A stretch of 64,000 nt of DNA from Botryllus schlosseri (GCA_051294905.1 CM119380.1:18848001-18912000), one strand, 5' to 3'. Positions 1-15,200 are shown, counted from the first letter of the stretch. Made by a program: numbers and translations. Notes: a model not told the origin generated them from the letters alone.

Positions 1-75
1 CTTGACTTGAGTCAAAACTATAAAAGTGAGATTGACTTGTGACACGGAACCTTGTGACATGGTTCCAACCCTCCG
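1..75 (-). repeat. End of a GACTCGAGTC-family copy cut by the window edge
   Basis: Reverse complement matches 10256-10330. Confidence 0.7.
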
Positions 76-141
76 GCTCACCCAGATACTTGATAGAGCC
101 CAATCAACACATTTTCTGTGACTACTATGTTTATGTTTTAG

Positions 142-250
142 GCTTGCCCGTCGGTCACGTGCCAAGCGCAAACACGGTCCAGCGCAGGAAAGCGCAGTAC
201 AGAGACGAACTTCTGGAGCAAATGGAAGCGAACAAGAGACAGAAACAGAA
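142..250 (+). CDS. CSPP1: CSPP1 exon (GLPVGHVPS...QYRDELLEQMEANKRQKQK)
   Basis: ttttag acceptor, gtactg donor, open frame. Confidence 0.85.
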
Positions 251-3200
251 GTACTGTTTTGATCTGTGTTTTCCGGAACCCCGGTCGTTATTTTTCGATT
301 GTCTTTTTGACGCAGGGCAAAGGAACTCGATAGAGTTACGGGTCTCGCCGCTGTGGATTATGCGAATTCGAAACAGAGCTCCAACGTCAGAAAGAGCAAG
401 GACGCCAGCCCGCCGAAACGCCGGGCTGAGACGGACCAAACTCCCAAGAACAGGAAAGTTGGTAAAAGGTAAGAAGCATTGACGTGTATCACGCACTCCC
501 AAAATTCTAGTTCTTTCACAATAGTATCGCTGGTTATGAGACTCGATTTTGTCATGTTCTCCTTCTTTTGTCTCATATAGGTAAGAGTTAAATTTCATTG
601 GTTTTCCAGTGTTTTATTTCATGTGATATGCCATCAAAAGTTGATTTACTAGAGTTTTCCGGCGACTTGGGTGTGAGTTACCCATCTTCTATGTCACAGC
701 CTATGTTACGAAACGGTACCAGTATCAAACTGAACGTGGTAGCTAGGGTTGTCCATAATTTGGAAAATCTCACAAATCCTGCGTATCAATGTCTCATTCT
801 ATAGATTATTGATAAAAAACGTCGATGAGCCTGCAATAAGCTCACAGGAGAGTCGTTAAGATTTGTCTAAATGCGTTTGAAAGTGGCTGCAACAGAGAGG
901 GCGTACCAGCGACCATAGAACGGCGAAAAGACTAGTAATCATGAAATCCCGGCGCTTGATTGGGTAAGCGGCTATGCTTGAATGATTACGACGGTGGCGG
1001 CTTGCTGATCAGCTGTTCGAGGAGTCTGCTGACGGCCGTGAATCTGTAAGCGCATTGTAGGTTGGTCCGCAGATGATGATTTGAGATTGATTCAGGATAT
1101 GTTTAGTAACATATTACGTGACGAACAAAAGACAGCTGCTTCACAAAAACGCTTGAAGCAGGACTGGCTTGTTGGGAAGGTAGCCGTTGTAGTCTGGGTA
1201 CCTTGCTATCATCGAGGGAAAGCACTAAAACACACAAAGACACATTGCAATGGCACTTATGCAAGGGGCGTACGAATTTCTAGTTTCAGAAGGGATGTAC
1301 CATCATTGATACAGATATAAATCTTAACAGTGATAATACTTTGTCTGATCTTATCAGGCTCTGGTCGTGGGATATAATCAGAGGTGGTCAAAGTAGTCAA
1401 GAAAGCTACTCAAGTAGAAGTAGAAGTAGCGGCAAAAAAATCTACTCAAGTACGAGTAGAAGTACTTCTTCCGTAAGCCACCTAAAACTACTTGAAGTAG
1501 AAGTAGAATTGACTGACTTTAAGTCTACTCAAGTAAGTAAGTAGTTTTAAAAACAGTCTTAATTCGTTCGCATGGACTGTCAAAAGCTGCAAATTGAGTT
1601 ATGCGGAAGGTGCACAGAGCTTGATTCGTATTGATGCATATCCTAGGAGCTATCAATTTTCGACAGAATAAGCATTCTTTCGCATCATGGGATGCAAATT
1701 ATAGTATTGATATCAAATTGCGATACTAACCCTTTGTTTACTAGAAAACCCCGTCTTAGAGAATATCATTACATAGCGCCCTACCCCATATTATAAGGTC
1801 CCAAGTTTAGGCGAAGAGCAATACGGAGAAGTTGTATCGGATACCGTTTCAACACTTTGCGCGATTAGTATACAATAATTACAAATATTGTGGATCGTAA
1901 AATTTATATTTAGTGTAGCTTTATTTTCGGAAAATAGAGGCATTACTACACTTGCTTTTATGCTTCAACATGTATGTTCTGCGGACACAAGAACTGGCAG
2001 CATTTTCCAGATTTGCAGGACACGTCATGGGCTGCTATGGATTACGATATGATAGGTAGCCTAATTGCTAGATTGCGAAACGGTAGTTTCAAATCGTATG
2101 GTGGCCCATATTTACTGTGATGAAATATTTAATATGCTGGGCGACAATACGTGCGAGAGGAATCAACCAATCCGGTACCTATATAATATTCACTGATACT
2201 TTCGTGAAAACATATTTCTCACTCCATATAACTACTGTTCGCGAAGCGCAACAAAATTTCTCGGCTTTACTTTACAGCACAATGAATCTACCCGTAAGTG
2301 CTGTCAAAGTCCTCAGTCATACCACAGAAAGAGATCTAAAGGTATGCACGGACTACGCTGGTAGGGCCACCAAAACTACAGTTTGCGTGTAGAGCTTAGC
2401 CTGTCCCAAATGAATCATAGATCATTACTGGCTGCATCACGACTAATGCTTGAATCAAACCAGACATGGATACATAAATGCATTTAATCGATGCGGTAGT
2501 TACACTTCTTCAGAATTCCAATGTAAACTACCTGGTCGGTCCACATATCATCTTCTAAGCATACAGGATTGTGCCCCGCAGCATCCATCTCACATGCTGT
2601 GCTGCACCAGTTTGGCGATGGCTAATACTTTACCTGCTCCCAGAAAAGCAGGAGGACTCGACGTAATCGCCAGCATATCAGACTAGATATTTCTCGGATT
2701 TATACTTAGTTCTACAAGTTCACAATCATCCGCTGTTACACCTCTGCCATGTCTGCAGTAGGCTATTGCTGCTGTAAACCTATCGTAACCGACTTTTAAA
2801 ACTAAAACATTCAATGACCAGGTGTCACATATTATTGTTAAATCTCCAACCTACAATGCCCTTACAGAATCATCGTCGTTAGCAAACTTCTTTAATGAGT
2901 AGAAGCACGTAATCAGCAAGCCGCTGCGGTCGTGATCATTCAAGCATAACTGATTCACCAATCGAGAACCCTGATTTCGTGATTACTAGTCTTCTCGCCG
3001 TTCTATGGTCGCTGGCACGCCCACTCTACAGCAGCTACTTTCAAACGCATTTAGACAAATCTTAAGGACTTCCCTGTGAGCTTAGTGCAGGCTCATTGAC
3101 GTTTTTTATCAATAATCTATAGAATGAGACATGGATACGCAGCATTTGTGAGACTTTCCAAATTATGGACAACCCTAGTGGTAGCGCTTCCTTTTTCTTG

Positions 3201-6200
3201 GCGTGTGTTGGGTTGTATTTTATTAGATTCTAGTTGATCATTGACGTGACAAAAATTGCAAGGTGAAAATGATATGTAACTGTCAACTGGAGGCAATTAC
3301 AAAGAAATTTATTGTAGAAGCAACTTGACGCCATTACTTGATGATAAAGTCAAATTGACTTTGATAAGAAAAGTCGATTGTATTCTATGTGTCGGAAGAC
3401 CGAAGTTTGTTAAAAAGCAATATGGCAGAGCGCAAACTATGAAATGTAGCTTGGTGCATTTTGCATGTATTCATAGCTCAAGATTTTTTTGTTTGAAACC
3501 GCTAATCGCAGAGTGCCTACATTCTCTGATGAATCGTCCGAGGAAGATGATAGACCCAGAAGAAGTCGGTTCGCATACCCTCCTGCGCCTTACATGCCCC
3601 AAATGCCGCCCCCGATGCATCCCCCCCAAGTCGGGTACGCAAATTTCTTCATATCGCAAAAACGCAAATTTACATGAAAATTTGAATACCAGATATTACC
3701 CGTCACCGTACCCGGGGCCGTATGGCGACCCGTACGCGTTTTACGGAGCTCGCAACCCTCTGGACCCGAACGCCGCGTACGGAGCCCCGCCCGTGACGCA
3801 CCCCGGCGTGTCACCCCTACTCGCAGCCACGGGAATTTTGAGTACGTAATCGATTGACTCGCTCTTTGTAATTACTTATTTGATGTCCGCGATTTCAGAC
3901 ACGGGAGAGGAAGTTCCTCAGAGAAGCAAAAAATCCGTGAAACTGAATGTTCCCACAAGGTACGAAATGAGTTTTAATTTGTTGTTATATGTGTTTGCCA
4001 GTGATGAGTGGATTTAGCATTTTCAAAACTTTATCGAAAAAGATGAAAAGTCCAAATCCATATTCAGAATAGTCTTAACTTCATATCCGATCCAAATCCG
4101 GCAGAATAATGTTGGGCACTGTCTATTTGATATCTCGTGGTTCGGCCATTACCTTGAGTTAGTCTTTTGTGACCTGTACGATGGTGAATACTCGCAGACT
4201 ATCCCAAAACGAGTCGAGCCTCATTGCCGACGAAGATAGAGATAAAGAGAGAAAGAAACTGCAGACGATCGAATATCAGGAGGAACTCCGACGACAGGTT
4301 AGTCGACTGTTTTGCTCTCGAGCGAGGCGGTCACTTTGATCTATCACGGTCAGTGCCTGGAAAATGCAGGGATAACCCTCTATCCATGAGGTGGTCAAAG
4401 TAGCCTGGGTAGAAGAAGTCATGGCATAATTTCTAGATGTAATAATGATTTCCGAAATATGCTCAAACTACATTGAGTGGCAGCGCCAGTTGCTATGAAA
4501 GTTTCTCTCACTCAGGGGTGGGCATTTGGGCAACTCGCGGCCGTAGAAGGAAGTTTATGCGGCCGTGGACACATAATTCAATTAATATGTGTTGGCGGCC
4601 TTCGACATGGAGATTGAATTTATGAAGTGACTCCTGAATTTTTGATAGATTAATTAATCTTTGGAAGATTTAATCACTCTTGAAATTTTCTTCACGCGAT
4701 TCGATGCGACTTCATTTTCGATTTTAATATAGTAGCGCCCTTTGCAATATGAGCCTCGCACTACAGATGCGAACAGCGGAGGGAAATGATGCACCCCATA
4801 TAGAAATACCAACTTGTAATCGTGTGCTCCTCACGAAATAAATTTGTTTCGTGTACGTTTGCGAGATTCCAATACCTCACCACTATACCGATCCCGATAG
4901 GAAGTCAAGAAATAACTGCATGCAGCAAAGTGACTTATAACAGTTAGCCCACCCGAATATGCATTATCATTTTTAACTTGCCGTAAATTTTCGAAAACAC
5001 TCCCTCCGTCAACTTTTCACGTGAATCTGATCACTTGGACTGAGAAAGGATAAATATTTGATAGCAATATGTGAAACTATTAATGTTAATGACGGAATTT
5101 ATTCGTGAATCGTGACCATAACCACATACAGTAACCATTCATTACATGACCACTAGCGATTTCAATGCGTATAGTAAGACGATATGTAAAAGTAGATTAG
5201 CCCGTAGCTCACCGGAAATGGACATAAGACGTGGATAGTTTAACACGGGTATTTGGTGTCAAAAGTCCAGTTAGTTCATTGCGTCTGTGTTCTGGAATGA
5301 GGCCATAAGCTACATAAGTAATCGAAATGCGGCCGGGAATAGCAAAAAGTTGGCCACCCCTGTGCTAACTGATCGTAAAATCTATCTCCACTTTACAAAG
5401 TCCAAAATAATTTTCCATAAAAAATTGTTAGCAAGTAGTGCAAGCAGGCAAATATACGATTTTTTTGGATAAAGAATCACTGGTCAATCGTCAATGGTCA
5501 TACTGTGCCTGTCCAGGGTATAACTGTAGCTTTCCACAGCGGGTGCTCAAATGTGCTACCCACTGATTAATGGATGACTCGGCGTCGAATCTACAATGAT
5601 AAATAGCATCCATCGAAGTCTGTTATCTTACAGATCGTATTTTGAAACGTTGCAATTTTGAAATTTCTCTCTTGTAGATTCACGAGAAAAACAGGCAGAA
5701 AGCCGCCGCCAAAAACGAGCTCGAGCAATACAACATGAAGATGGAGGAGGAAGCCAGGAATTACAACCCCTGGGGAAAGGGGGGCGGCGGCGCCCCGATG
5801 AAGGACAGACAAGGGAATCTAATAAGTGGGTGCAAAGTTGTCTATAGACGAAACAATCTCCTTACTTTGTTCTCTCGTTAAGGCGACTTGAGACAAATGC
5901 ATCTGGAAAACGAGGAAGTATTACGGGACCCCACTAAATCGCAACAGGTCATGCAGTAAGTCGATATGGTTCATCGCCGTTGAAACGTCTGAGCTTGTAT
6001 CTTAAGCGTGATGGACGTGTTACTTTCTTTACAGAGAGAAGCTTCCGCAAACCAACCTTTACCGTGCCGAAGAGAGGCCTGTGATTGACTTGTCGCCTCG
6101 TAAAAATGAGGTACTTCTAGTGCGGTTTGATCTCAACCTTTTTGTCTTCACGGACCCCTTTTGGATCGTCACGGACTCTCTCCAGTATTAGTTAGAATTT

Positions 6201-9200
6201 ATCTCAATTGTCGTGCGACCGACATCTGTCTCGTGCCAAAATGAACTGAAGGGTATAGTAATAAACAGCAGCAAAATGACTTATCTTGAAAATAACATCA
6301 TGCTGTATATAAAAATTGGGTAGACTTTTACTATTTCAAAGCGAATTCTGTAGCTGCATTTCTTGAAATACGCAGCCTATTCGTATCTATCTTACAGCTG
6401 ACCTTAAATCTTTTCTGCAATAGTGCTTATGTGTATCACAAGAGAAAAATGGATTCCGTGGCGATGTTTCAATCCATTTATCGAGTAAGATTCGGAAAAG
6501 TCTTTGGGAATTTGTGTTTCAAACAACTCTTCACCGATTCGCCGAGACTAATAACCTCTAATCCCAAAGGTTTTCCAATGATTTCGTAGTTAACTTGATT
6601 GACCTTACTTACTCCAATTTTATATTATTTTCACAAACCCAACAAAACATCCCTGAACCGCAATATGTTTGTTTTGTATCAGGCAATTGCGAATTTAGCA
6701 ATAAACTGAGTTTGCGCAGTGGGATGTGTCTGATGATGGGAGTCGTGAAGTTGTAGCAGTTATCAAGCGAAACTGCCTTGTAATTTCCCTAATAAAAAAA
6801 GCACAAATAAAGTTGTAAATCATTTTGCAAATTTAGAGGTTTTGCGGACCCCCGGTTGAGAGCCACTATTATAGTGTTTATTTGCTATTCAGTAGCTCGG
6901 CGGTTAGTGCACTGGTCCGTAATCCGAAGAACTTGCTTAAAATCGATCGCAATCACCCGATCACTGGTATAATTATATATCAGAATCAACAATCGTATCA
7001 CCAAATATGGCGTTACAGTCATGAAAATTCGACTAATCGGGACTAACAGATGGCTCAAGTTCGATGTACTTTTTTCAGATTACACACAAACTCCTTCTGT
7101 GGTAATAGTCTGTTTTAAATTCTCCACAATTGCTGATAAATATGATTATGAAAATACTCGGGTATAATTCAATATGAATACATTATTCAACTGTATATCG
7201 AAGTTCTGTACCCATAAGAGTCTCTTAGAATAGATACAATGGAAAAGCGACAAACTTGTACCACCTAAAATGCCCTCGCGCGCTACACTTCGGGAACCAC
7301 TGTTTTACATTTCGAGCGTCACATTTCCAGGGAGCTCTGTCGCCCCAATTCGGTCGCAGCAACCCGTTCGAAGCCAGATTTTCTGACGAGCAACGAAATC
7401 AAAGCAACACCTACAAGGACTATCTCCAAAAACAGGTAGACATTTGCGTTCCATCCAAAGAGTAGTCGGAGTCAAAGTAGTAATTCACGCGGTTCCGAGT
7501 CACGAGTCAATCTCACTTTTATGGTTTTGACGCGAGTCAAGTCGAGTCATTTTCAATTCACCGCCGAGTCAAGTCTGACTTCAAGTCAGCTGGTAGAGGG
7601 CAGAGTCCGAGTCATTATGTTACATGTTCCGTTTTCAGTACAATCAGGTTCAATCCACTCTTTTCAACTGTGCTCGAGTGATATAGAATGGCTCGCAGTC
7701 GTAATATAGTAATTTTCCTCAGTTTTAACAGTTTCTGGCTGTATTTTTCAAGTATCAGGACTGATAGACGAAATACCAAGAATGTGATAACTTTATTAAT
7801 CTTCGAAGTTACAATGAAATGTCTGTCTTGGCCGTCCTAGTCTTGAGTTCTATGAGTTGGTTCGAGTCATGGACAATGACTCGAGTACAAATCGATTCTA
7901 TACAAAAGTTGACTCGAGTCGAGTCATTTTAAGCATTTGAAAACATTACCCGAGCCAAGTCGAGTCACCAAAAATGATGACTCGAGTCATTGCAACCCTG
8001 GTGTATACGCCGCAGTACCGTCAAGATTTCTTTTTTCTTATCCAGATTGAAGAGAAAAAACGGCTCGAGGCGGAGAGAAAAGAAAAGGAGAGAATCGAAG
8101 ACGAGAAAGAGGAAAAGAGACTGGAAGCGCAACGGCAGCGTATACAGGCCGAGCTGGACGCCGAGGTGGAGAAAGAGAGACGTAAGAAGGAGGCGGCCAG
8201 GCAGAAGAACGACGAGCTGAGACTTCAGGCGGAGGAGAAGAGGAAGGAGGACCAGGAGAGAAAGAAGCGAGAGGACGAGGAAGTGAGAAAGCAGAAGGAG
8301 AAAGAGCTGGACGAGAAGTTGAGAAAAGCGGTGAGTGTTGGCCGGGGTTAAACTACGCAAGTATTTCTTTGAATCTTGATTCTTGGACTAAATTTTGCTT
8401 TTGAATATCCTATCCGCTCATCCTATTACATTGGCCTGGACCGCTAGGGGTATTCAAAAACGACCCTTTTTCTCAAATGGTACTGCCTACTTGATAAAAT
8501 AGTATTTACGGTGACCAATTCTTTAATTATTTATTATAGTTTTGCCCACCGTAAATACTATTTTATTTGAATCAAAAATTTTCGACTTCAGTAACTCCGC
8601 TTCCACCAGTTGGAATTGAGCCAAAATTGGTGAACATCGGACCTGTAAACACTCTAACACTTTCATGGGGTGAACAGAAAATTTTGAAAGTTTTGTTCAT
8701 TTACCGTAATTTTCTAAGTATAGTACGCCCCCCTGTATAATACGCACCCTTAAAACGGCATGCAAATTCTGGGAAAAAGCCTGTACCCATGTATAGTACG
8801 CACCCTGCATTCGCAGTACATGAATAGCTGTGTTTTAGTACATGACGGTGTTCTGCTTTGCGATGTCACTGTCGAACAATCATGACATAACCATTGCTAA
8901 TCATTATGCAATTAACGGCATTGTCTGTTAGCGATAGTAGAGAGCAGCCAAAGCCTGCGAGGCTGGCGGGGCAATAGTTCGGGCCAGCGACACGACGTCT
9001 TGCCCACAAGGCTTATTACAGATGCTAAATTGCCTCTATACGATAGTAGATAGCAGCCAAAGCCTGCGAGGCCGGCGACGCAACATCTTGCGCACGAGGT
9101 CAGATGCGATTGCTCAGGCCAACGGTTATGTCGTGCACACCACGCATGTTGGAAGGGCGACTGATTGTGCAAGCGAATATATTTTGCGCACATGGCCTGT

Positions 9201-12200
9201 CGATGAATTTGCGAGGATCGCCGCGCGCGTTTAGCAATCAATGAATGACCTAATTTCGCTCGCGTGCAAACGGCAAGCCAACTCAGCAGGAGATTGTGTG
9301 CTGTGCAGACGACTCTCGTTAATTGGCAACACGCTCTTTGCTAATTGGTAGCGCGTTGCACTGATAATACGAATTACTGGGCACGATGGCTGAAAGTGAT
9401 GCGCGATTGGAAACAAACACGAAGAAAGGTGTGATTTCAAGTTTTTTATCGAGGGAGATTTTTTTCAAGCGTGTTGTTCCCATGTATAATACGCACCCCC
9501 CGATTTTAGGGCAAAAAATCGTGAAAATTTTGCGGATTATACATGGAAAATTACGGTATTTTTATATAATAAATAGAAACTTTGTACTCCTGTAGCAATG
9601 CGGCTACTGGCTGGAATTGAACCAAATTTGGTGTGTAGGCTTAAATTAAGTTTTATCAAGTAGCCAGTACCATTTGAGAAAAAAGTCATTTTTGAATACC
9701 ATACTGTGCAATAAAATTGTTAAGTTGACTAAAAAAACGAAAAGAATTTAATTTAATTTTAATTTTAATTTAATTTTGAACAACCCTAGTGACCGCAGTC
9801 TAGCGTGGATTCTGATTTCGCGACCGACCTGTATTTGAGGATTCGGACTGAGTTTGGATTTACGTTTTGTAAAAGCTGATTTGAATTTGAGCTCGGTTTG
9901 AATATTAGTACATTGACTGTGGCCTAACGTGGGGATATTGTGATGGATTACAACAATTACAGCATTTTAAGATCACCGTACGTTCAATAATTTGCATTTG
10001 AAAACAGTCCGAGGTGATCATAATCAATTATTTCACATATATAATTGATTTCATTGTAAAAGAATGGTAACTCAGCTTTTTACTTTTATGTGGACTTCAA
10101 CTGGACATTTGAAAACAAGGAATAGATTGTGCTAGCTGGTTATTGATAGTAGAGACGTCGGATCTGGGCAATGGATATATTGTGACATAACAAGTAAATG
10201 ACGTCACCTTGAATTACGGTATAAAATTGTTCTTTCGTGAATCTTACTCATCGCAGGGTTGTATTGTAACCAAGTCACAAGGCTCTGAGTCACAAGTCAA
10301 TCTCACTTGTATAGTTTTGACTTGAGTCAAGTCAAGTCATTTTGAATTCACCACCGAATCAAGCCCGAGTCCAAGTCAGCTAGCAGAGGGTCGAGTCCGA
10401 GTCGTGGTATTTTTACTCCAGCCCGAGTCCAAGTCATTGCGCTGACTGCTCTGTTTTCAAGTAAAGTCTCGTTTAAACTAAGTTTTTATAACTCTGTTTG
10501 GTGATATCGAATGATTTACATTTATAGTATACAAATTTTCCTTTGTTTTAGAAGTTTCTGGTTGCGTTTTCAAGTACCAGTCCCATCAAACGGAATCCCA
10601 ATAGTGTGGTTGCTTTACCATTATTCGAAATTATATTGAAATGTCAGTCTTGACCGTCCGAGTCTCGAGTCATATGACTTGGTTCGAGTGATGCACTATG
10701 ACTCGAGTCCAAGCCTAGACAATACCAACCCTGACTCGTCGCAATCATCATGTTGTGTTCCAATGTGTTCAAGGCTGAAGATCAATGCAGCTACGTAAAT
10801 GTAATTGTGGTTACTTTTCCATGTCACTGTGATTGGCAATTTTGGGATTTTGCTGTAATCGTAACCGTAATGGCGCGATTCAGAGGCAATCGTAATTGCA
10901 ATCGATTACTTGGATGCAGTAAGCACCCCGTTTACCATAGATGAGCTTAGATTTGGATTTGGATTTCAAACAATTGCATTCTAGGCTTAAGATTGGATTT
11001 AGATTTACGATTATTTGGATTTGTTCCAAGATTTTAATGTAAGTCTCTCGAATCATGAAACATTTTAACGAGCCACCCTATTTCTCTTTAGACCCGGTCC
11101 CCTCCCGTGCCCGCTCTGAGAAACTTGCCCCAAGGCAACGAAACCGACCGCCCGATTCCGACAAACCGCACCCAGCGTGAAGGACAAGGACGCGTGGCAC
11201 ACACGTAAGACACCCGGAGCGATATCATTGCCTTTTGTCAGACTCGTAGTCCTTTGTCACCTAACAGGCCGAATCAAAAGGTTCCGAGGACACCGCGGCC
11301 TGACACATACCGTGTAGAGCAGCCACGGCCGCGAAACGGAGATCGCCCCCCGAACACACCGTTGAAAGGTGAGAGACTGTTTTTTGGCCCAAATCCACTC
11401 GAAATTTTTTTCACTTTTCTTTGCAGACTATAAGAAATTTTTGTAATATAATTTTCGTCGTAGGCATTCGAAAATTTTTTCATTTTCATTTTTCTTGCAA
11501 GTGATTCGAAAAATTAGTTACTTCAATATTTTCGCGGGCAATTTGGAACATTTTTTATTTGTATATTTTTATTCGCAGGAGATTCACAAAGGATCTCCAG
11601 AGAGCTGTCGGCGTTGCGGAAGCAATTGCGCAGCGAACAGCGAAGGGTGGAAGATGCGTTGAAATCGAATGAAGGCCCGCCACCGAAACCGTGAGTGTCT
11701 GAAAAGTTTATTGCGTTATGAAGATGTTAGTCCTTATTTTGTATGACCGTGCAAAGGTTTTTATTGAGCTTGCAAATCAGTGTTGCTACTCTGGTAGAAG
11801 TAGAAGTAATTGCAAGTAGAACTGATGAATTCCATGACATGTCAAAAAAATAATCCTATCTTATCCAAAGCTTGTCACACATCACGTTATCACGGCCTTC
11901 CGATTAGTTATATTATCCTTTATGCTTAACGTGAATTTCCCTATGCATTGTATATCATGACCACCTTTCACGGAAATGGATAACATTGTTTTTACCGCGA
12001 ACAACAATCAATACTTGGTCGAATGAAGAAACGTTTGTTATTGTGAGCACGGGAAATGTGTTGTATTCTGTGTTCAATTCGATATCGTAACTTCCTCTAT
12101 TGTTGTGATTAGTATTTGATCAAGGATACTATAAGCGTTTGACTGGCTCATTTTGCGGAATATGTATCGTTAACGAGATATTTTCCATCCGACACTACGG

Positions 12201-15200
12201 TGCTCGTGAATACAACACGTAATGAACGTACGGCAGCCCGATCAAAGCATTTCCGACGTGTGAAAAGTGGAACCGCAACCCGATATTGTTTATGTGAACG
12301 TGTCGCATCGTACATAGCTTATTCTCTTTGATCCCAGGAACAATGATTACTTGATTGACCTGTCAAAAGCCAGACAAAAACCGGTGACTGTAAGGCGGCC
12401 TCCTACCGTGGATCGAGACAGGCCTGATTCTTCCGCTCTGGACGAATTCACGGCGTACAAGCACAGGTATAGTATGTTAGAAATTCAGTGCCTGTGAAAC
12501 CGAGACCTCTTTTTTGACTTGCGCATTCCTGAGAACGGGCTGCACAGGACATTTATGCATGCCGTCCAGGCATAGTTTTGCCTTAAAACCAAAGAGCTGT
12601 TGAGTAGAAGTAGTGATTACCACTTGACTAATTACTGCAAGCAGGCGAAACCTGATTGACCACTCCGAAAAAGTAGAAGCCCTATGTTACCAATCACCTT
12701 TGATCTGTTGATACGAGTATTCGTGTGTGTTGGGTGTACTTACCAAACTGGGGTGTACAGCTAGAATTTTCAGGTTTGAATCAGTTTTGATCACGCAACT
12801 GCAATTTCGCCACAATGCCGCTGCTTACGGTAGCTGCATCTTTGTGGTTGATCGCAATTTTGTGTCATGCTTGCAATTCGATGACTCGGTATGTAGTCCT
12901 CATTGTGTCGCGGTATTCAAAAACCAAGATCTGAACGTGCGAGTTGGTATGCCAGTCTGTAGGCATTGTTTTTTTTGCTTTGGCTTTGTCGTTTGTGAAT
13001 AGTAATTTCTGTTTGTCAGGCCGGACGATACCGCGTCCATTCGGATGTTCCGAGCCGAGTATCCAGAGTCGCCCGATGACGCGGCGACCTTGGAAAGGCA
13101 GCAACGGGCGCTTTTAGCGCAGCAGGACCGCAAGTTGGAAGATCTCAGGTAAGGTGCAGTGCGTCGATCGTGTATAGCTTCTTGGCGACGTGGTCCTACG
13201 TTTCGTTATTGATTTTTGGTATGGTAATGGTAAATTTCAATCTGATCCCAATCCAGTCAAAATCCATGCCAATCGCTGCTGGTCAACCTGCTACTGGACG
13301 CTGCTACCGTCTAGATAACAGAGCGGTAGAGCACGGCTTAACGAGCCGAGGGTCTCGCACGATGCGGCGTGTCCACGCAAAGTACACTGCGCATTACTTT
13401 AACAACTGGCGAACGTTCGATGACGAAACTCTGCATATGCGCTTGTCGGTTATTTCTTCATACAATGCAAATAGTTGCTAATGAATTTGGCATAAGAAAT
13501 ATAATAACTATTATTATTTGGAAAGCTGTACATCAGTAAAGTATTAATAAATTAGACAATGAATCTTTTACCGAGTACCAAATACGAAATATAACTACCG
13601 CCGAAACCGAATCGAATTTTGCCACAGAAATCAAGCCGTTATGGGAGGCGAAAAGGTCGTGAAACGCAAGCCGGAACGTAGAAAGCCAACGAAAGTCCAA
13701 TCTTCGCTGGTGGGATTATCTGTATATGTGATTTGGCTCTTTGTCGACGCCGTTTTTTTACGTGTTTAAGGGTCCGAGCGTCGCGCAGTCACGTGCTTCG
13801 TTGCTCGAGGCGGAAACGGCCTATATTCCAGTTCGGGATGATGAAGATTACGCGACGGACGGGAGATATCATTACGATTCGAACCGGTCGTCACCGCCGC
13901 AATCCAGACAGAACCGGTAATGGTTTGGTTGCGATCTCATCTATTTGTACTATTTTCCCCATTCGTAGTTATATGTCAGTTGCCAGGACTTTACATTCCG
14001 CAATCGCACATTTATTACTGTCTTTCACAAATCACAACTGCCTAGTTCTTGAGTAATATTTGAAGCCAGCAAATTCTACTTCAAATACGTATCTTGTATG
14101 CCACCTCAAAGAATACAATGCCGGTTTTACATCACGTTAGAGATAATGTGGTATTTTTTCGACATTCCTATTTCATTGCTGCATGTGACAATACTGTGGA
14201 TTGATCACGAATTTAAGGATATGTCATTCTCTGTGACCCGAGTAGCTTTATGCTACATGTTTGATGGGGTGCGATACGACTAATCAATGTTTCTAGGCTT
14301 CCACAGTAGAAAATTCTATCGGAACTATATTTTCCGCCAGTAAATTAACTCCTACTTGCAAGGAGCGTGTAATTTCAGTGCTCGGAAAAATTATCTGAAA
14401 CTAATCGACTCGAATCGTTGGAATTATTAATCGACTCGGACGCGAGTACTCTAATAATTGTGCTCTGTCCTGCTAATGACATCACCGCTACTGTCCTTCT
14501 CACTCAAAATAGGATTGTTAACGGACAGGTGCGATGGATCAGTGTTGGGATCCAGTCACTACCTTCGAGTCACGAGTCATTGCACATTTTGACTCGAGTC
14601 AAGTCAAGTCACTCGATTTACAAAGGTGACTCGAGTCAAGTCAAGTCACTCGATTTTTGGAGGTGACTCGAGTCAAGTCGAGTCAAGTCAAGTCAAGTCA
14701 CGAGTCAAGTCACAATTCAAGTCAAGTTGCCTTGTCGAAGTATGAGGCATGATTACGTCATTGCATTTTGCTAGCTGTCTGAAATACAGATTGAGTGGTC
14801 ATTGATTTTGAACCGATGAACGAATATAGAGTATATACATAAGAAGGCACTGTATCGCGCAAATATACGCAGAACTGTTAGACTAAGTAAGTAATTGCCT
14901 AGCCTCAGTTTATAGTTACAAGCCAAAATAGAGAATAGAGAAATGAATTGATAAGATGCAATACCCATTTATACATATCGATATGATACAATTCGAACCT
15001 GCGCCAATGGTTGAGGAGTTGAACAAACTATATTCGAATTCAATTTCAATAAAACAAGAGGGTTGGTTAATGTAAGAACAGATATTAGAAATAGATATTT
15101 TGCTATTAAATTACTTTACTACTAGTTTACGACAGAACGTAAGCTTTGATCACTTCATTTGTGATCAATTTATTTGTGAGAGAATAATGACGGCTCAGTA

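Noticed and set aside
7965-8360. Leu-rich minus ORF, and other antisense ORFs over exons (155-598, 5591-5812, 21029-21388, 63564-63983)
   Set aside because: These are shadows of real coding sequence on the opposite strand.
8932-9077. 37-bp direct repeat pair
   Set aside because: Internal to the pogo-like MITE; no independent significance.
14590-14710. CRISPR-like repeat array
   Set aside because: Eukaryotic context; the 37-bp units have only 7-nt variable parts and lie inside a MITE.
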